Assembly (NCBI RefSeq): GCF_009914755.1
Contig: NC_060938.1
DNA length: 64,000 nucleotides
Origin: the human T2T-CHM13v2.0 reference genome, Homo sapiens
Strand: one strand, 5' to 3'
Shown: piece by piece, positions 53,847 through 64,000 of the stretch
Layout: every line of letters starts with the position of its first letter
Position numbering within the stretch: the stretch's first letter is position 1
Notes under the pieces: model-generated
What the model was told of the DNA's origin: nothing
Databases searched by the model: none
The model's input: only the letters and a program-made list of their open reading frames with translations
Program-made: the position numbers and the translations under genes

Positions 53847-55631
53847 CTAAAATAAATAAATCACACCCAACAATTATCTCTGCAAACAGTTCCTGTGTAC
53901 TGCAGAGCTCCACCCCACAAACATGCGTGTTTTCCCTTGCAATCTAAACTGAAAGCAAAACCTGAATAATATAATGTTCACTAAGTGGAAAATTTGAGAG
54001 TTTAGTTCAAGTAGATATTACACATAAAGCAAAGAGAACCATGATTAAAATGACTCTGGATCTCTATTTGTAATCATCACTAGTAAAAGGAGTCACTCAA
54101 CAACTATCGAGTTTAAGTTTAGCACAGGAAGGACCTGATTTTCCTACAGTGTGCACCAAAGAATAGTCACATTGGGCAGAAAAGAGATCTAATTCAAGTT
54201 TGAAAAACTTACTGGCTATCTGATTTCCCTAGAAACTTCTTAGGTGTGCCTTGGGCTATAATCAGAGAACCCAGGGATAATCTCACAGCAGGTGGTCATC
54301 CAGTAGAGGAGAAGGGCAAGAGAAACAGCCCAAGAGCTCTGAAAAGTCACAGTGGAGTGTGGCAGCAACCAGCAGGGTGGGTGGGAACACATCTGGTGAG
54401 GTATCTAGACACGCATGCCCAGCATTTTAAGTGCTGCAAGGGAAACAAAAGCCTGGCCACACAACCACGAGGAGACATACACTCGTCCTGTCAGATTTAG
54501 GTCCTTTTTGTGGAGTCCTTTTGAGTTCTGGATCCTACACCTGCTAGGGCTGTTGGGCTGTAGCTAAACTTCACTTGAATGACAAAAACAAGCTGTAAAC
54601 TCTCAGACAGATATCTAGGAGTTGCTTAGGCAACTTAAACCCAAGTTCAAAATCAAGTTCATTATTTTTCCAGGAAAATCTTCTCCAGTTTCCCTACTTC
54701 AAGATTATTTTTGACGTGTCCACTGCCTAATCAACCCTTGATGGTCAATTCCATTTCCAGTCCAAGTCTGTCTATCTAGGCCTTTCTTTTCATTCCTACT
54801 ATCACAATCCTAGTTAACGCTCACCAACACTCTGCCTATCTCCAACACGGCTCGACTCCACGCCTTCATGCCCTCTTTCACTTGCTCAATCTTTACAAAT
54901 TATAGTCAATGCTCAGTGGTTCTCCACTGCCCATCAAATACAGAGCAAACCCCTCAGCCTCAAGGCCTCCTCCAAATTGGTACATATCCCCACAGTTCCC
55001 CTCTGCACACCCTTCGCTCTAGCTGTACTCAATTGCAACATATTTCAAATCCTTTCTGCAAGATGGAACCACTTGAACGTATGGATGGATGAATGCTGAA
55101 TCAGTTATCACTCCCTAACACTCAGGCTATCTATTTGCTCCTGTTTTCTAAATGTTTGAATTTTACTCATTCAGGAAGGCCCCCCTCCATAAACACTCCC
55201 CAGACCTTTTGCTCTTCGGAACCCTATGGTAATGTGTTCAGACTCTTCTGATGGCGCATAGCTCTTGGTTCCTCAGATGAGGTCCCACTGAAGCCTTGCT
55301 GTCTCCTAACTAGGGTATAAAACGTACCTGATAAATGTCCATGGGTCCAAACCACCCTCCCACCCTCTTTCACTGAGCACCACTGAACTTAGGTATTTGG
55401 TTGCACGCATTAGATTTCTGACAGTTTTTTCGTTTTGAGACGGAGTTTCGCTCTTGTTGCCCAGGCTGGAATGCAGTGGTGCATCTCGGCTCACTGCAAC
55501 CTCCGCCTCCCGGGTTCAATTGATTCTCCTGACCCAGCATCCTGAGTAGCTAGGATTACAGGCACACACCACCACACCCAGCTAATTTCTGTATTTTTAG
55601 TAGAGATGGAGTTTGACCATGGCTGATCTCA

Positions 55632-55936
<305 letters not shown>

Positions 55937-57383
55937 CTAAAGGTTCAGTCTCTTGGTTCCATCACATGCTAACTTATTTTCATTATCTTTACCAAGCTCT
56001 TTACAAGTGCTGAAATTAATCTATCCAGCCATGATTCTGAGTCATACAGTGGTCAGATTTCTGGGGGAAGATCCATTTCAAATTTATTATCATGACCACT
56101 TGCAGGTGGCAGGAAATCATCAGTCACCTCATCTGCACCCAGTGCAGACTCAGCAGGCAGTCATCCTCTCTCCCTACCATCTCCCCATAAACATCAAAAT
56201 GTTTGGTGCTGTATCTGTAATCTACTCTTGCTTCTTTAGATAAGTAACTCTGACTAGAGCACAGATCAACTCAACACTGCAATGGCATATAACCTAACTT
56301 CCCTATCTATGCCCTATATCTGTATTATACTATATAATGTATATCATGAAACCTTAAGTCAAAAGATTCTAGAGAAATAATTCATCAGTCTCTACAATTT
56401 ATAATTTGTGCCCTTTCATGACTACATGTCATAATTCAACAACAACAAGCTCTTAAGCATGAGTCCGAGCATAGTTTCTGGCCTCTAAAATTGTTTGCAA
56501 ATTTTCTAAGTCTGGTCTAGAGGGTGGGAAGGAGACATGTACATTCTAAAAGAGCAGCAGTTCCCAACCCTGGCAAGTCATCAGAACCACCTGGAGTAGT
56601 GCTATTCAAAGTGTGGCGTCTAGATCTGGGCCCATCTGTAAACTGTTAACCAGTCATGATGAGAGGAGGACAGAAATACAGAGTAAGCACGTTGAAGCTT
56701 TTTTTTTTCAACATGGCGATTTGACATTGCCATCACGTTCAAGCATGTGATCATTTTCCTAAGTCCAGGATAGATCCTAGGGTTCTCTCTCTAGATTTTA
56801 AAAGGGTCACCAGGTGACTGATGATTTGCTAGGGATGGAAACCACTGTTATAGGGTCCACTCCTTTAGATCTATGTCTAATTCTTTGTGGTGGTTGTTTT
56901 TGTTTTTGGGAGTTAGGAATGTGTTAAAAAGAGCTGATCAGAGCTTTTAACATGCTCATCAGAGAAACACGCATGATCAGTAAATTCAGCAATTTTCAGG
57001 AGGTTCACAGATGCCCGGTGGCAAAGCCCTGAATATCATGGTAAGACGGGGAGAGCATGAACTAATGTTAAGGAATGGGTTTTGATGTTGCTACTGAACA
57101 AAGAGCCTTTGGAGAATGCATGCAAGACTGGGTGGAAAGTAGGTTCTATATAGTTCTGGGCACTGTTCAGTGTGCTGCCCTAATTCTCTAGTTTAGTAAT
57201 CCCGTGAAACTCCACGTGAGCACTTTATTAGGACAAATGTTTTCAATGGAAGCTTTACACCATTACATGCCACTATAAAAGACTTGCTTCTGGAAGCAAT
57301 GAGTAGACAAGAAAAAGGGATTCACGAGGTCTGATGGTGACTCATTCTAAACTTTAAACAGTGATCTTCAGAAATTCATGGAC

Positions 57384-57593
57384 TGCAGCTTGCTGCCGGC
57401 ACTCATTTAATGTTACATAAACATGCTCTTTGAGTCTGAAGTAAATCTGATTTTCAATGTGAAAATAAAATATAAAAACTGCTCTTGGAGTTATTTCTAA
57501 ACAGAACTTGTCTCTAATCCTAATGTAATAGAAATGTATATGATGTTACATTAGGATTAGAAACGAGTATTCTTGGGGCAAATGGGAAGTGGC
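57384..57593 (-). mobile_element. MER75B-like piggyBac MITE, one end truncated
   Basis: Internal palindrome tctaatcctaatgtaa/ttacattaggattaga; terminus ggggcaaatgggaagtggc followed by TTAA (57594-57597). Confidence 0.8.
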
Positions 57594-57839
57594 TTAAGGA
57601 TGTAGGACTTCTAAGAGAATTCATTTTGACAACGATCTATGATAAAGTATAAAGTGTACAAATATGATGTAAGATTAATACAGATTACAATGTGGAGACT
57701 CACTAAGGGAAAAAAAAAACAATATTCTGTGCTTCTGGCATGGGCCAATAATTATTACAAGTGAGTACCAAGTTAAGACTCTGAGCTTCCTGCTAGCCAA
57801 GGCAAATGGGAACATACATTCCTTAACTTTTTTTTTTGA

Positions 57840-57944
<105 letters not shown>

Positions 57945-57947
57945 TGA

Positions 57948-58301
<354 letters not shown>

Positions 58302-58660
58302 TAGTAGAGACGGAGTTTCACCATGTTAGTCAGGATGGTCTCGATCTCCTGACCTTGTGATCCGCCTGCCTCAGCCTCCCAAAGTGCTGGGATTACAGGC
58401 GTGAGCTACCACGCCTGGCGCCTAACTTTTTTAATTGAGAAAAGAATCTGGTTATTTAAGGCCTCTGAAATTGTGTATTTAACTTTTAAAAATTCCTTAT
58501 ACAAATGTTTTACAAGGAAAGATGAGGGCGAGTAGTAAAATTCTCCAAGTTGCCACTGCCCCACCATCCCCTTCCTTTCTGTGTCCCTCTAGTTTATTAA
58601 TCCCATGAAATTCCACATAGGCACTTTCTAGGGCTGGAAGGAAGGACACGAATTACTTAC

Positions 58661-58742
58661 TTTTCTCCATTTCTTCATTTCCTTTACATATTGTTTGTTT
58701 TAACTGTTCAATCCTCATCTTGCAGGACATTATTTTCCATCT
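58661..58742 (-). CDS. ATG14: ATG14 exon 4 (82 bp; [27 protein letters not shown]), coiled-coil region
   Basis: ttttttcag|AGATGG...GAAAA|gtaagt; phase matches exons 3 and 5. Confidence 0.93.
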
Positions 58743-59062
58743 CTGAAAAAAGCATGTAATAAATATCACAAACGTTGGTCTCTTATGGTTAATATGATTA
58801 TCTACCTGGGATCACTGCTTATTTTCAGATATGTCAGAAAACATAATGAAGAAAAAGACCTTATGTTATAGCTTTTGTAACTATGGAACATTACGAAAAA
58901 GAGAACGATGTTTTTCTAGTTCAATGCAGAGAAAAGAGAAATTAGGCCAGTGCGGTGGCTCACGCCTGTAATCGCAGCACTTTGGGAGGCCAAGGAGGGC
59001 AGATCAAGAGGTTAGGAGATCAAGACCATCCTGGCCAACATGGTGAAACCCCATCTCTACTA

Positions 59063-59251
<189 letters not shown>

Positions 59252-59327
59252 TTACGAGAAAGAAATTCACATAGTTTTGTATGTATCAGTAAGCAAAGAG
59301 AAAAAAGTTGAAGGACATTCTCTAAAC

Positions 59328-59525
59328 CCGCTCTAGCTATATAGCTACTAGCCACATGTGGTTACTTAAAACTCAATTTAAATCATACAAAATCAAAAAT
59401 TCAGTTCCTTACTCACACCACCCTCATGTCAAATGTTTGACATCACATATGGCTAGTGGCTAATGGACTGGACAGCGCAGATACAGAACTCAAGCATCAT
59501 CACGCAAAGTCCTACTGACGTGCAG
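59328..59525. mobile_element. MER3/MER33-like hAT MITE
   Basis: tagctactagccacatgtgg...aattcagttcct...atggctagtggct...ggacagcgcag. Confidence 0.7.
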
Positions 59526-59744
59526 CTCCAAACCTCTAGTTCTGGTTACTGAGGAGACGGTTAACATAACCAAGTCATCTCACCCAATAAGCAACTAGTA
59601 CTTGCAAGTTAATAAAAATGGCAAAAAACATTATTTTTTCAGTGCATAACTCAAGTAAGATTTCCTGAAAAGCCTCAGAAAATTATATGAAACATGAAAT
59701 TGACTCTTTATATTACCAGGAGTTAGGTTCAGCACCCCCTAAAG

Positions 59745-60077
59745 CAGTGGTCCCCAACTTTTTTGGCACCAGGGACCAGTTTTGTGGAAGACAATTTTTC
59801 CACGGACAGGGTGGCAGATGATTTACAGGAATGAATCTGTCCCACCTCAGATCATCAGGCTTTAGAGTCTCATAGGAGTGCACAACCTAGATCCCTCGCA
59901 TGTGCAGTCCATAATAGAGTTCGCACTCCTATGGAAACTAATGCCACCACTGATCTGACAGGAGGTGGAGCTCAGGTGGTAATGCTCACTTGCCCTACTC
60001 ACCTCCTGCTGTATGGCCTGTTTCCTAACAGGCCACAGCCCAGTAGGTATATGTGGCCTGGGGGTTGGGGACCCCTG
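59745..60077. mobile_element. MER1B hAT MITE, full length
   Basis: TIRs cagtggtccccaac / gttggggacccctg; 8-bp TSD ccctaaag/ccttaaag. Confidence 0.88.
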
Positions 60078-60178
60078 CCTTAAAGTGAACAAAGGATCAA
60101 TAAAAATAGGATCTATGGCCGGGTGCAGTGACTCACACCTGTAATCCTAGACTTTGGGAAGCTGAGGCAGGCACATCA

Positions 60179-60431
<253 letters not shown>

Positions 60432-60912
60432 TTAGTTAAAAAGAATGATTATTCTCTAATGACTCCGTAAAGTGAATAATTAAAAGCTTAAAACAATGCT
60501 CAAATGTTCATGGTGTTACACTTATCTAAGTAGTCTGATGGTAAGAGACACAGAACAGATTACAGGGATGTTATGGTGAGCGAAACTCTAACATCTCGAA
60601 TAGAGTCAGACATTCAAAAACAGATCCACAGGGACTGAGGGGTTCAGAAATATATCAGATATGACCTATCCTCAATTTTAAAAGGTAACAGAGTCTTTAG
60701 AAATGAATATTGAAGTCTTAGATAGAAAAACTAGAAACATTACAGAAAACTCAGGAAAATCTTCCACAGAACATGTTTTGTTTACTAAAACATTCAGAGA
60801 ATAAGCAAAATTCACTTCTATCACAAATTTTAAGTATAATGAAATATATGACTGGGCGCGGTGGCTCACGCCTGTAATCCCAGCACTTTGGGAGGCCAAG
60901 GTGGGCGGATCA

Positions 60913-61199
<287 letters not shown>

Positions 61200-62055
61200 T
61201 TACAGAAGAAAAACAGAAAATGTGACTGTTAGCCTGACTCCTTCCCATTTCTCAGGGGTAATCCTTTAAAATTAAAGTTTAATGTGTATCTTTTCAGATT
61301 TTTTTTTTTTTTTGAGTCAGGGTCTCACTCTGTTGCCCAGGTTAGAGTATGGTGGTGTGATTACAGCTCACTTCAGCCTGACCTCCCTGGCTCAAGTGAT
61401 CCTCCCACCTCAACCTCCCAAGTAGCTGGGACTACAGGTATATACTACCATGCCTGGCTAATTTTTGGTTTTTGTTCGTTTTTGTAGATATGGGGTTTTG
61501 CCATGTTTCCCAGGCTGGTTTTCAATTCCTGGGCTTGAGCAATCCACCTCGGACTCCCAAAGTGCTGGGATTACAGGGCATCCACCACCACACCCAGCGC
61601 AGATTTTATAAGAGTATATTTATATTTAAAATACATAAATGAAATCATACTTTATCCTAGTTTATTATTTTTTTCCATTAATAAATACAACTTGGACATC
61701 ATTCCACAGCACGTAGACTGACCACATTCTTTTTAACAACTACACAGTATCATAATTTTTTTTTTTTTTTTTTTGAGATGGAGTGTTGCTCTGTCGCCCA
61801 GGCTGGAGTACAGTGGCGCAATCTCGGCTCACTGTGATCTCTGTCTCCTGGGTTCAAGTGATTCTCCTGCCACAGCCTCCTGAGTAGCTGGGATTACAGG
61901 CGTGTGCCACCATGCCCAGCTAATTTTTCTATTTTTAGTACAGATGGGGTTTCACCATGTTGGTCAGGCTGGTCTCGAACTCCTGACCTTGTGATCCACT
62001 TGCCTCAGCCTCCCAAAGTGCTGGGATTATAGGCATGAGCCAACGTGCCTGGCCC

Positions 62056-63085
62056 TTTTTTTCCTTCATAATTGAGATTTCACTGGTTGTGTTGAAGATC
62101 AGTACACAGACATTTCAATTTGTACCCAATTCTTAATATACATACCCAAAATCTAAAAGCCATGTATTTTAATTCTTTTTTAAAGTTATTCCAGTGACTT
62201 TCCAGCTTAAAATCTGGAAGCAAACTTTCCTTATAAAGTCATCAAGTACCACTATCTTCACACATTGATAAGCTGTTACGCATGTCCCACCAATTCACAA
62301 CTGAATAGCATGTACACTACAGATTCAAATTTTCAATCTTTCACAGCACTGTATCAAAGTTATTAGGAAAACAGGACTACCACGACCAAAGAGCTCACAG
62401 AGTGCACGAAATTCTGACAGGGAGAGCCATCATCAAGGAGCAGTTTTCTTTAGGAAACAGTTCTACTAAAAAACAACACGGGAACAGAAGTAATTAAAAA
62501 TGTTCAATACATTAAATGCAGGACTGTGACTCCATAGTGCCATTTAGTATGCCTGGTATTATAGGATATAAAAACTAACCCCCCAACTACGGAATGCTAA
62601 GCTGACACCCAAGACAGTAAAAGCCTCCCACTACTCAATATCCCACACTGTCTTCTGGTTGTACCAAAAAGTAAACAACCAGAGAATGATTTCACCTCCT
62701 AAAAAAAAGCACTGACACTTCAAAGGGGCTCTCCTCAGTTTTAGTTTCTTGTTTTCTGCAGGTAAATCTTCAGTTTCTTGGTTAGCCACTTCTGACTTTT
62801 CCCCCTTTGCTCCCCTTTTCCCTTTTGTTTGCACTTTTTTGTCTGAAGATTTATCCTTTCCTGCTGCTTTCTCAGCTTCGTTTCCACTTTTGCAGGAGCA
62901 GGTTCAGCTGATAAGCGTGCCGATCTCCTCTTGGGCTCTTCCTCTGTGGCCCATTCAGTGGAGCTGACCTTCCTCTTGGGCATCCTGGCTGCAGGGAAGG
63001 CGTGTGCCAAGCGCCTGCGAGGCATAGTGCATCTAGAGCCTCAGCAAAGCCGGGCTGCCTGGCTGCTGCCACGCCTCTCCCAAAC
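62056..63085 (-). pseudogene. HMGN1 processed pseudogene (possibly HMGN1P1) in ATG14 intron 3
   Basis: Intronless MPKRKVSS...EEPKRRSARLSA...DKKVQTKGKRGAKG (ATG at 62983) with frameshifts. HMGN1-like 5' and 3' UTRs and a residual poly(A) near 62056-62062. Confidence 0.93.
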
Positions 63086-63124
63086 TCTTTAATTGTTAAA
63101 TTTTTTGTTTGTTTGTTTGTTTGA

Positions 63125-63319
<195 letters not shown>

Positions 63320-63689
63320 TAAAGGTTCTCCCCACTCCAAGATTATGTAAATAGCCACCCATATTTTCTTTGACACATTTAATCATTAATCCATTTGGAG
63401 TGTGTATGATAAATAATTTTTGCAAAAAAGAATAACAGCCCATTGTTTTTGTTTTTCTATGTCAACATGTCAGGTTTCATAATTATCCTTTACAATGGCT
63501 CCATAATTAATTGCCGATACCCCATTTTTGGTAACTAGATGAAATATTTGAGAAAGCCACGCTACAAGTGGATTAAGTAGAGGACTGCTAAATACGATTT
63601 TTAAAAATTTTAATTAAAAATAATTTTATAAGCTCTACCAACTTAAAAACATGTAGCCTCAAGTAAAAAGAACATGTATTACAACTTAC

Positions 63690-63732
63690 CAACTGATCTG
63701 TTATCCATTTTCCTTCCATAGCTTTTAACACT
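63690..63732 (-). CDS. ATG14: ATG14 exon 3 (43 bp; VLKAMEGKWITDQL)
   Basis: cacag|AGTG...TTG|gtaagt; in frame with exon 4. Confidence 0.92.
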
Positions 63733-64000
63733 CTGTGAGGAAAAGAGACAGAAAATAAGCTCTTAAAAATAATAAAATTCTGTGAAGTTCAAAAATGTAA
63801 AATCAAACACTTAAAATTAAGTCCTTAGAAATGGCTAGAAATATCAAAACGGGACTTAGCATTTAAAGTGTTTTCCAAATTCCCTGTTCTCTGCAATTTT
63901 TTTCATCTCCTTCCTTTTGTAGTTCTGAATATTGCTAAGAGCCTTTCTACAAATGTCCACAATAAATCTGCCTAACAGTCTTAGCCTTTGTCCTCAGTCA

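Overview
Primate (very probably human, 14q22 region) genomic DNA containing two convergent genes. On the + strand are the long last intron and the single coding exon of FBXO34 (711 aa F-box protein, 18142-20277), with a 3'UTR ending near 21360. On the - strand are eight coding exons (3-10) of the autophagy gene ATG14 (63732 down to the stop at 37369), with a 3'UTR ending near 34140. An HMGN1 processed pseudogene lies in ATG14 intron 3. The rest is Alu-dense intronic and intergenic DNA with a near-full-length Tigger1, hAT and piggyBac MITEs, a MER31 solo LTR and L1/L2/MIR fragments. The most notable observations are: (1) ATG14 intron 7 uses a non-canonical GC donor, and a perfect GTAAGTAT donor 93 nt downstream would give an in-frame 31-aa hydrophobic insertion; (2) the FBXO34 3'UTR holds a 22-nt-periodic triple miR-181 seed array straddling a poly(A) signal; (3) the ATG14 3'UTR has an inverted Alu pair and a poly(A) signal inside a hairpin; (4) the FBXO34 C-terminus has a CHORD/Btk-like Cys/His motif; (5) there are several local templated-insertion scars, one at an L1 5' junction and one inverted copy inside an Alu. 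Repeat family names and gene identities come from recognition by eye, not from a database search, and repeat boundaries are approximate.
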